Below are positions 53,600 to 60,794 of a stretch of DNA of 64,000 bases, piece by piece; position 1 is the first letter of the stretch, and each line of letters opens with the position of its first letter. Where the stretch lies: positions 37,695 through 101,694 of the forward strand of contig JAZDHH010000008.1 in the NCBI GenBank assembly GCA_043806015.1, read 5' to 3'. The DNA is from Nanobdellota archaeon. Its GTDB lineage: Archaea; Nanobdellota; Nanobdellia; Woesearchaeales; JAHIVG01. The notes below the pieces were generated by a model. That model searched no databases. It worked only from the letters and a program-made list of their open reading frames with translations, and was not told where the DNA came from. Made by a program: the position numbers and the translations under genes.

Positions 53600-53688
53600 C
53601 GCCCTGGCCGGGATTTTCGTATTAGCTGTGTCGAACCCGGGTCAGAGCCTCGACAGGGCTCTATGATAGGCCACTACACTACCAGGGC
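53600..53688 (-). tRNA. tRNA-Asp(GUC) with a 16-nt intron in the T-loop (59/60)
   Basis: Acceptor GCCCTGG/CCAGGGC. Anticodon arm GAGCC-CTGTCGA-GGCTC. Variable loop TGAC. T arm CCGGG-TTCGAC[53629-53614]T-CCCGG. The mature tRNA is 73 nt. TTATAA lies ~24 nt upstream. Confidence 0.85.
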
Positions 53689-53932
53689 ATTTAAATGGTT
53701 TGATAACCCTTATAACCCCTCCTTCGGCGGCAATAGCCATAGCTAGGCGTTGCTTTGGCGTCAGAAGGATTATGTGGGCATCGGACGGGGGTTTATTTCG
53801 GTATATATAAACCTTGCTGTTTTTATAGAGAACAACCTATCTATATAAGACTCCGCTTTTCATCCCAAGCGCGCTTTCAAACAAGGATTTCCTTGATTCT
53901 GTTCTTTTTATGTTTATATGTAGTGGAGAATA

Positions 53933-54304
53933 ATGAAACGGAAAAACCATAAATATCTCCTTCAATTTCCTCGGGATATGGGATATCAATGGGTATGCTA
54001 TGGGAATTTTGGGCAGTATGAGCCGAGAGGGAATTATGATATTTTCCGTCGTTGGTGGGACCCACAACCACCCTCAGAACGCCCTCGCGATGAGGGTTTC
54101 CACGAATTTTGTCGGGTCATTTTTGCAGCCCCTTTTGTATCGCTTGCTTTGGGACTCGCATTAGGGCACGATCATCCACAAATGGGTCAGGAAGGGAGGC
54201 TGCCGCCCAACCCGGCCCCTATCGTCCACCAGCTTACCGCCGAGGAGATGAAGCTGCTTACAAGCGAGTCCGCACAGGGCATCGACGGGCTGCTGATGAA
54301 GTAA
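53933..54304 (+). CDS. Hypothetical small membrane protein (doubtful)
   Basis: 123-aa ORF with one hydrophobic helix. An AT-rich TATA-like box lies ~25 nt upstream. Confidence 0.3.
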   Translation: MKRKNHKYLLQFPRDMGYQWVCYGNFGQYEPRGNYDIFRRWWDPQPPSERPRDEGFHEFCRVIFAAPFVSLALGLALGHDHPQMGQEGRLPPNPAPIVHQLTAEEMKLLTSESAQGIDGLLMK

Positions 54305-54384
54305 GACTGGATCCGCTTCACTGTTTTTTCCCCCGCCCCCAGCACATTATAATAATACAATCTATTTAAAAACAAAATAGAAAG

Positions 54385-54395
54385 TTTTATATATA
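54385..54395 (+). promoter_or_regulatory. TATA box (TTTTATATATA) for the ATPase gene
   Basis: Centred ~26 nt upstream of the ATG at 54416. Confidence 0.5.
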
Positions 54396-54415
54396 CTATG
54401 TACTAACTGCTCGAA

Positions 54416-55573
54416 ATGATAGATCGACTGAGTCAGTATAACCTTTGGGACCGTGAGCAGGACTTTGGGGTAGATCGCCTTTTTGCCTATCCTCAGATCG
54501 TCGATCTGCTCAGCCGCAAGGAGATTCAGGTTCTTACCGGCATAAGGCGGTGCGGCAAGACCACGCTCATGCGTCAGTGCATGCGCCACTTGGTTGACAC
54601 TGGTGTGGATCGTAAGGACATTCTTTTTGTTCCATGTGATAATCCTCTGCTCAAGCTGAAAGATTTTGAAAAGCTTCACAAGCTTCTCCAGGAGTTCCGC
54701 AAGAATAAGGAACGTAGAATGTATGTCTTCCTCGACGAGGTGCAGGCAGTCAAGGGTTGGGAGCGTTACCTGAAGAGTGTTTATGATTCCGGCGCTCCCA
54801 TCAAGTTTGTGATCTCAGGCTCGACAGCTTCCTTTTTTGCAGGCGACGTTGCCTCGCTATTGACCGGTCGGCATTTTTATCATCGGATCGAGACCATGCG
54901 GTTCAAGGAGTTTCTGCGCCTTCGTCCGGACGGCGGTTTACGAGAGTACGTTGAGTGGGGAGGTTTTCCTGAGGTCATTAAGGCAAGCGTCACCCAAAAG
55001 CCAGCCTTGCTCGAAAGCTATCTGCAAACGGTCCTGCAGCGCGATATCATCGAGCGCTATGACATCCGCAACACGAAGAAGCTGTCAGATCTGCTCAAGA
55101 GCATTCTTTTCACCGTCGGCGGGAAGGTGAATATGGCAAAGCTCTCGAAGCAATTTGCCATGAATCCCCGGAGCATCGAGCGTTACATCAACCTGGCAGA
55201 GGACGCGTTCCTCTTCAAGGAAGTGCCCTTCTTTTCCTATTCGAGGCGGAAGAATCGGCACACGCTTCCCAAGCTGTATCCGGCGGACATTGGCTTCACC
55301 AGGATCCTTACGAAACGCTTTGAGGAAGGTAGAGGCACCGAGTGGGCGGTCGCGCATGCGCTTGAGGAGCCTTCCTACTGGTCGGATGGCAAGCATGAGA
55401 TCGATTTTGTGACTAAAGACGCTGCGATCCAGGTGACGACGGCGACGCGAATTCCTGTGCGTGAAACCGAGGCTCTGAAAGTCTTCACGAAGAAGTATCC
55501 ACTTAAGCCTATCTTGATTGGTCCGCAGACCACGGACGCAACCATATCTGTGGGGGAGTTTCTGGTGCAATAA
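54416..55573 (+). CDS. AAA+ ATPase with a DUF4143-type C-terminal domain (COG1373-like)
   Basis: Walker A is LTGIRRCGKTTL and Walker B is YVFLDEVQ. The C-terminal part is typical of archaeal DUF4143 ATPases. Confidence 0.85.
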   Translation: MIDRLSQYNLWDREQDFGVDRLFAYPQIVDLLSRKEIQVLTGIRRCGKTTLMRQCMRHLVDTGVDRKDILFVPCDNPLLKLKDFEKLHKLLQEFRKNKERRMYVFLDEVQAVKGWERYLKSVYDSGAPIKFVISGSTASFFAGDVASLLTGRHFYHRIETMRFKEFLRLRPDGGLREYVEWGGFPEVIKASVTQKPALLESYLQTVLQRDIIERYDIRNTKKLSDLLKSILFTVGGKVNMAKLSKQFAMNPRSIERYINLAEDAFLFKEVPFFSYSRRKNRHTLPKLYPADIGFTRILTKRFEEGRGTEWAVAHALEEPSYWSDGKHEIDFVTKDAAIQVTTATRIPVRETEALKVFTKKYPLKPILIGPQTTDATISVGEFLVQ

Positions 55574-55834
55574 GGAGCACTGCTGGGAAAACTTCACGCG
55601 GGAATCTCTCCACTCACAGATCAGCGATTCGCAAGTTCTCTGCATGTTTTCGTAAAATCAGTTAATAACTTGTGTCAGGTCATTCAATACAGATGACTAT
55701 CCGGCGCACGGGCCAATACGTGTAAGAGTGGAGTTGGCGGATTCATCATTAACATCAATCCAGATGTCGGTGCATTCGTAACTTATAACCCTATTCTCAA
55801 TGCTGCTGGCAATAGCGTTTTTGGTTTAAACGCA

Positions 55835-56080
55835 ATGATCCCTCTGAATGAATTGATGGCCGCCCCTGGAACAGTAAGATTAAGTGTAGCTGAGATGGAA
55901 GCAACACGACTCAGATTTGAACAAGGAGACGTTCCCCAAACTTATGCAATGATTCTTGGACTTATTAAGCAAGGTCAAGGACCGCACGCATATAGGACAC
56001 GACCAGAACATGTTGCTCAAATTTTGGCCGATCACGCTGCGCAGGGAAGATTAATTGAGAAATTAGTTGCTCAACCATAA
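55835..56080 (+). CDS. Hypothetical protein (doubtful)
   Basis: 81-aa ORF in a lower-GC stretch, with no recognisable motif. Confidence 0.25.
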   Translation: MIPLNELMAAPGTVRLSVAEMEATRLRFEQGDVPQTYAMILGLIKQGQGPHAYRTRPEHVAQILADHAAQGRLIEKLVAQP

Positions 56081-56260
56081 CCTTTCTCATATTTTTTATC
56101 CAACTAATCCCGAAGTGGTGTAGTTTTCGTCAGGGACTAACTAAATAGCTGAAAGATTGGTTTCTCAGTGGACATTCGCTTCCGTAAAGAATATACCCCT
56201 GCTCCTCTACGGCAGCATCATAGGCATCCACGATGCTGCCGCATTGGAACATACGGTCTA

Positions 56261-56385
56261 TCCCCGCCCCCGGAGTCGAACCAGGAACCTTTCGGTGCCG
56301 GCTGGCTATTCTTCATCCTCGGGGCGTTGCGCCCAAGTCAAAAAGCTTCTACAGCCGAACGCTCTAACCATTGAGCTAGGCGGGG
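56261..56385 (-). tRNA. tRNA-Tyr(GUA) with a 52-nt canonical (37/38) intron
   Basis: Acceptor CCCCGCC/GGCGGGG, with the C1-G72 pair typical of archaeal tRNA-Tyr. D arm GCTC-AATGGTTA-GAGC. Anticodon arm TTCGG-CTGTAG[56348-56297]A-CCGAA. T arm CCTGG-TTCGACT-CCGGG. The mature tRNA is 73 nt. Confidence 0.85.
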
Positions 56386-56408
56386 TAAGAGAAAGGATTG
56401 GTATATTC

Positions 56409-56418
56409 TTTATAAATA
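56409..56418 (-). promoter_or_regulatory. TATA box for tRNA-Tyr
   Basis: Minus-strand TATTTATAAA centred ~28 nt upstream of the tRNA 5' end. Confidence 0.55.
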
Positions 56419-56423
56419 TTGTG

Positions 56424-56576
56424 CCGCGCTCCCGTCGAAGGGGAAAGCGATAGAGCGCGGACGGGTGCGAGAAGCGCAAAGGTCCGCTCCGCCGGGCGGA
56501 GCGCTTCAAGCCGGCCAAAGGCCGGACCCTGCCGCTGGCGGAGCCAGCGGGATTGGCTGCGCGCTGTGGCGCGCAG
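56424..56576. other. Cluster of six consecutive GC-rich hairpins (candidate ncRNA or 3' UTR/terminator array)
   Basis: The stems are: CCGCGCTC/GAGCGCGG (56424-56460), TGCG/CGCA (56466-56478), GCTCCGC/GCGGAGC (56486-56502), CCGGCC/GGCCGG (56511-56525), CCGCTGG/CCAGCGG (56532-56550) and CTGCGCGC/GCGCGCAG (56557-56576). Confidence 0.3.
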
Positions 56577-56623
56577 CATATTTCTATTGTGCTAAGGAAA
56601 GAACGGATCAGGGAAGAATGGCC

Positions 56624-58099
56624 TTACGTCCCCTCGTTGAACGCGATCCTGTTGCTCTGCTTGCTCAGCATGACGCCGCGCCGGTCCTTGAACTTCACCG
56701 TGGCAGCGGGCAGGTCGATGCCGCCGATGATATGCAGGCTGCTCGTGAGCTGGTAGGTGATGATGCGCTCCTCGAAGGGCTCGAGGGTGTTCAGCTCCCA
56801 GATGACCAGGGTGGCTCTCGCGTGCTTGGCGATGATCCTCGTGGGCTTCACGGTGCCGACGGCGAAGTCGCTCTCCAGCTGCGTTATGTTGGGGATATGG
56901 TCGACGACCCTGAGCTGCTCGAACATGCTCTTGGTGCGGTTCTTGATGTGGATGACGACCTTCATCTTGAAGATGCCGCCCGCCTTGTCCTCGGAGCGGT
57001 GCACCTCGGAAAGGTGCTTCTTCACGATGACCGGGCTGCGGAACTTGAAGTAGGCGAGGATGATCAGCAGGATGATGATCGCCGCATAGAGGACGGGCAG
57101 GTAATTCTGCTTGATCGTGATGGCCACGGTCTGCGGCCCGGCCTCGTTCTCCGCCCGGAGGTTGATGTTCCAGTAGTAGGCGTACTTGCCGTTCTCGCTC
57201 CTCAGCTTGGTCTTGGGCTCGGTTGCCGTGAAGAGCGCGACGAACGGGGAGATCCCCTGGGTGACAAGGGTCGAGCGCTCGATGTTGCCGCGGTTGGTGT
57301 AGGTGAGAGTCGTCTCCTTCTTCAGGAAGCCTGATGTTTTCCTCTCCTGCGATTCCAGCTCGGAGTAGGCCATGACGTTGAAGGCCATGGGCATGAGCTC
57401 CCAGGTGAAGGTCTCATTCTGGGAGAAATAGCTGGCAGTCACCGAGACAGCGTCTTTCGCGGGCATGGTGAAGGGGTTGAAGCTCAGGCGCACCTCTTGC
57501 TTGCGCTCCTCGTTCGGGGAGAGCGCGAGGGTGAGCTGCTGCTGCGAGAGCAGGCTTATTACGTCGACGTGGAGATTCTCGATGGGCCGCGGGTTGTTGT
57601 TCTTGATGGTGAGCCTGATCACGAGCTGCTCCCGGGGATCCACCTCGGTGGCTGCGAGCGTCGCGGACATGCGCACGTCGGGCAGGTATTCGCGCTGCTC
57701 GGTCGTGCCGTGCTGCACCTCGATCGGCACGATGCTCCTGATCCTCGTGCCGCTCTCCCTGGACTTGACATCGATGAACAGGCGGTAGAGGGCGTAGCCG
57801 ACGTACAGCGGCCTCATCTTGACGACCACTGTCTTGGTCTCCATGGCGCCGATGGTCACGACATAGTCTGTCCGCGGCTCGGTGTAGAAGTCCCAGTCCG
57901 GGACATTGGGCGAATCGATGGTGAATTCGGCAGCCATGTCTAGGTTGTTCTTGATGGTCATCCGGATGGTCGCCTCGTCGACGCCGTCGAAGAAGACGAT
58001 GGACTTCACGGGCTCGGCCGTGACCTCGAACTCGTCAAGGGCGATGACGCTGGTGGTGAGCAGGACTGCTAGGACGAGGAAAAACAAGGCTTTTTTCAT
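56624..58099 (-). CDS. Membrane-anchored surface protein (beta-sandwich repeats, one TM, ~140-aa cytoplasmic domain)
   Basis: The signal is MKKALFFLVLAVLLTTSVIA, starting at the ATG at 58099. The TM is YLPVLYAAIIILLIILAYF. No catalytic motif was seen. Confidence 0.75.
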   Translation of the reverse strand: MKKALFFLVLAVLLTTSVIALDEFEVTAEPVKSIVFFDGVDEATIRMTIKNNLDMAAEFTIDSPNVPDWDFYTEPRTDYVVTIGAMETKTVVVKMRPLYVGYALYRLFIDVKSRESGTRIRSIVPIEVQHGTTEQREYLPDVRMSATLAATEVDPREQLVIRLTIKNNNPRPIENLHVDVISLLSQQQLTLALSPNEERKQEVRLSFNPFTMPAKDAVSVTASYFSQNETFTWELMPMAFNVMAYSELESQERKTSGFLKKETTLTYTNRGNIERSTLVTQGISPFVALFTATEPKTKLRSENGKYAYYWNINLRAENEAGPQTVAITIKQNYLPVLYAAIIILLIILAYFKFRSPVIVKKHLSEVHRSEDKAGGIFKMKVVIHIKNRTKSMFEQLRVVDHIPNITQLESDFAVGTVKPTRIIAKHARATLVIWELNTLEPFEERIITYQLTSSLHIIGGIDLPAATVKFKDRRGVMLSKQSNRIAFNEGT

Positions 58100-58131
58100 G
58101 AGCGGCACCACTCTCGTATGGTTAAAGGTGC

Positions 58132-58139
58132 TTTAAATA
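58132..58139. promoter_or_regulatory. Palindromic TTTAAATA box in a divergent promoter region
   Basis: It lies between the divergent starts at 58099 (-) and 58210 (+). A GGGGGTG SD-like element precedes 58210. Confidence 0.45.
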
Positions 58140-58209
58140 GTTTTCGTTCCACCCTTAAAGCCGCAATCTATTAATAGCAAGTCCCTTTTCCAGGGAAGGG
58201 GGTGTCAAT

Positions 58210-59724
58210 ATGCGTAAAATAGGCGTCTTCGGCATGGGGGCCATAAGCCCTATCGGCAACAGCGTCCCTGAGCTCTGGCAGAGCCTCTTGGACGGGAAGT
58301 CAGGCATCGGCCCCATCACCCATTTCGATCCAGCTGATATCGTTTCTTTCGTGGAGCCTTCTGCCCAGCAACCCCTCATCGCGGAAGTGACCGACGCTGA
58401 AGGAAAAAAAACCTACATAGACCTCGCGGCAAAAGGACCGATACGGCTCGTGACGAGGAGCGGCGAAACGTATGAGCCCACAACGGTGCGGATCCCGAGG
58501 TCCTTCTCTATCGAGACAAGGGAGTCCGCGGAGGTCAGGGACTTTGACGCTGAAGCGATCCTTGCCTCTTATATCCAACGGCACCCTCGCTTTGCAAGCC
58601 TCCCTCCAGAAGAAGCAGCGAGCCTCGCGAGGGGGTCATTGCGGCAGTTCGATCCTTTTTCCTTGTTCGCAATAGCGGCGACCATGGAAGCGGTTTCCGG
58701 CATCCCAGTCATCGAGGATCTTTTTCGCGTAGGAGACAAGCGGAAAGCAGATGAGCGCAACGACCGTGCAGGATGCTACATCGGCACAGGCATCGGCGGA
58801 GCGCAGACCTGGGAAAGGGGCTATCACGAATTCCTTCTGCGCGGACCTTCCCGCGTCGGTCCAAGGGTCATTCCCGGCCTCATGGCAAACCGCCCGGTCT
58901 CTGACATCGCGACGCTGTTCGGGCTCACCGGAGGAGGCTATGCTGTCGTGAACGCCTGCGCCTCAGGCAAGAGCGCCCTTATGACCGCGATCGAGGCCAT
59001 CCACGCGGGCACCCTTGACCTGGCGGTTGTCGGCGGAACGGAAGCATGCGATACTGCGTACACGGTTTCCGGCTTCACCAACATGCAGGCCCTGGCCAAG
59101 TCTTCGCGCTACGCTTCCCCCGAAGCGGCGAGCAGGCCGTTCGACATTGATCGTTCAGGATTTGTTATCGGAGAAGGCGCGGCCATGTTCGTCATCGCCG
59201 ACCTCGATTATGGCAAGAGTCTCGGCCTGAAACCGATCGCGACTATACTCGGCTATGGGATGAGCAATGACGCCTTCCATCCTACTGCTCCGCATCCAGA
59301 TGCGTTAGGCATGATCGTCAGCATGCGGAATGCGCTCGGGATGGCAGACATCCGCCCATCCCACGTCGATTACATCAACTCCCATGGCACCTCGACCGAG
59401 CTCAACGATCCCTTGGAGGCGAAGGCGATCGAGGAGGTGTTCGGCGATTGGGCCGAGACTGTGCGGGTCACCTCGACCAAGGCGAACCACGGCCATCTCC
59501 TCGGCGCAGCAGGAGCGCTCGAGTCCGCAATCGCCATCCAGGTCTTGCGGCACGGCATTGTGCCTCCTCAGGCAAACCTCAACGCCGTCGACCCGGCTTG
59601 CGCCAGGCTCAACATCCCGACGCGGGCCATGGAAGGAGACTTCAGGGTAACCATGTCCAACTCGCTCGCCTTCGGCGGCGGCAACGCGACGATCATCTAT
59701 GCCAGGCCAGACTTCCAGAAATGA
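58210..59724 (+). CDS. Beta-ketoacyl synthase, KAS II (FabF)-like, with N-terminal insertions
   Basis: The Cys-His-His triad is present in conserved context: VVNACASGKSAL, NDAFHPTAPHP and YINSHGTSTELND, plus STKANHGHLLGAAG and SNSLAFGGGNA. The protein is 504 aa, against ~410 aa for typical FabF. Confidence 0.9.
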   Translation: MRKIGVFGMGAISPIGNSVPELWQSLLDGKSGIGPITHFDPADIVSFVEPSAQQPLIAEVTDAEGKKTYIDLAAKGPIRLVTRSGETYEPTTVRIPRSFSIETRESAEVRDFDAEAILASYIQRHPRFASLPPEEAASLARGSLRQFDPFSLFAIAATMEAVSGIPVIEDLFRVGDKRKADERNDRAGCYIGTGIGGAQTWERGYHEFLLRGPSRVGPRVIPGLMANRPVSDIATLFGLTGGGYAVVNACASGKSALMTAIEAIHAGTLDLAVVGGTEACDTAYTVSGFTNMQALAKSSRYASPEAASRPFDIDRSGFVIGEGAAMFVIADLDYGKSLGLKPIATILGYGMSNDAFHPTAPHPDALGMIVSMRNALGMADIRPSHVDYINSHGTSTELNDPLEAKAIEEVFGDWAETVRVTSTKANHGHLLGAAGALESAIAIQVLRHGIVPPQANLNAVDPACARLNIPTRAMEGDFRVTMSNSLAFGGGNATIIYARPDFQK

Positions 59725-59731
59725 GAAAAAA

Positions 59732-59985
59732 TGGGGCCACCGTGACTTTCAAGCTGTTCTCTCAAGGGGGCTTGAGCGCGTAGCGCGAAACCCCCAAAGC
59801 GGTCATGTCTTTCCGTAAAGGAATGAAGGACCGCGCTGGTATTTTTCCCAGGTTTTTTTTGTCCGTGAGGACAAAAAAAGCTGTTTGAACACGGGTCACT
59901 AGCTGTCCGTCTCATCGATTCGGCGGGAACCGCCGCTCTTGACGTCCCCGAGCTAGTAGGATAGACCAGGCTACCCTATGGCCCC
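59732..59985 (-). tRNA. tRNA-Pro (anticodon CGG or GGG; register ambiguous) with two introns (~41-43 nt in the anticodon loop; 138 nt in the T-loop at 59/60)
   Basis: Acceptor GGGGCCA/TGGCCCC. D arm GGGT-AGCCTGGTCTA-TCCT (Pro-like). Anticodon stem (A)CTAGC/GCTAG(T). Variable loop TGAC. T arm CCGTG-TTCAAA[59883-59746]T-CACGG. TTTTAAAT lies ~29 nt upstream and a T6 run follows the 3' end. Confidence 0.7.
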
Positions 59986-60010
59986 ATGGAAAGAAGGAAA
60001 TCCGGCGTGT

Positions 60011-60018
60011 TTTTAAAT
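60011..60018 (-). promoter_or_regulatory. TATA box for tRNA-Pro
   Basis: TTTTAAAT centred ~29 nt upstream of the tRNA 5' end at 59985. Confidence 0.5.
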
Positions 60019-60031
60019 CTTGTGACAATGC

Positions 60032-60038
60032 TTAAATA
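60032..60038 (+). promoter_or_regulatory. TATA box (TTAAATA) for the GT2 gene
   Basis: Centred 28 nt upstream of the ATG at 60063, consistent with a leaderless mRNA. Confidence 0.5.
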
Positions 60039-60062
60039 GAAAAGCGCTGCTCCCTCCGTGCC

Positions 60063-60794
60063 ATGGGGCCGGCTCTCGTTTCGGTTGTGATGACTAACTT
60101 CAACTACGGCAGGTTTATTGCTGAATCGGTGGAAAGTATAGTTGCCCAGACCTATAGGCCGTTGCAGTTGATCCTTGTCGATGATGCCAGTGAGGATGAT
60201 TCTCGCGAGCGGATTGAGAGGCTGCAACAGAGGCATAAGAGCAGGTTCCAAGGCTTCACAGTCGTGTTACTCGACGAAAATAGGGGGATTAATGGCGCCC
60301 TCAACCGGGCCATTGCTGAAGTCGGGGGAGAGGCAACGGCCGTCCTCGACGCGGACGACCGTTTTGCGCCTGACTACCTCGAGAGGACTGCCGCCCTCCT
60401 GTTTGCAGGGTCTCCCTCATTGGGATTTGTCTATACGGATTGCGCGCTCATTGACGATCAAGGAAGGTCGCTTGGCTTTGGTCATTCCAATGCCTTTGAT
60501 GCAGAATTATTGAGAGAAAAGAGCTATATCCCGGGCTGCGGGACGACGAAGACCGAGGCCCTGATGGCAGCGATGCCATTGGATGAATCCATTGAAGTGG
60601 CGACCAAGGTTTATCGCTGGCGGGACATCGTCGCCCATGGCTTTGTCGGCCTCCACATCCCCGAGCCTCTTTTTTTCTATCGGATGCATGGCGCGAATGT
60701 GTCTGGCATCGGACGAAGGATCATCGCCGATCTCAATGCCGGCAATCAGAGTGCCATCCTCTCAGGCTACTGGCAAAGCCACGATCCTAAGTGA
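60063..60794 (+). CDS. Glycosyltransferase family 2
   Basis: VSVVMTNFNYGRFIAESVESIVAQTY..LQLILVDDASEDDS, followed by LDADD (DxD). Confidence 0.85.
   Translation: MGPALVSVVMTNFNYGRFIAESVESIVAQTYRPLQLILVDDASEDDSRERIERLQQRHKSRFQGFTVVLLDENRGINGALNRAIAEVGGEATAVLDADDRFAPDYLERTAALLFAGSPSLGFVYTDCALIDDQGRSLGFGHSNAFDAELLREKSYIPGCGTTKTEALMAAMPLDESIEVATKVYRWRDIVAHGFVGLHIPEPLFFYRMHGANVSGIGRRIIADLNAGNQSAILSGYWQSHDPK

Noticed and set aside
56157-56579. Short ORFs (56157-56453, 56168-56374, 56306-56518, 56376-56579) and a 5S rRNA or SRP RNA interpretation of the hairpin cluster
   Set aside because: The ORFs overlap tRNA-Tyr and its promoter. The hairpin region lacks 5S hallmarks such as CCGAAC and the loop E context. 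It also lacks the SRP helix-8 GGAA/AGCA motifs.
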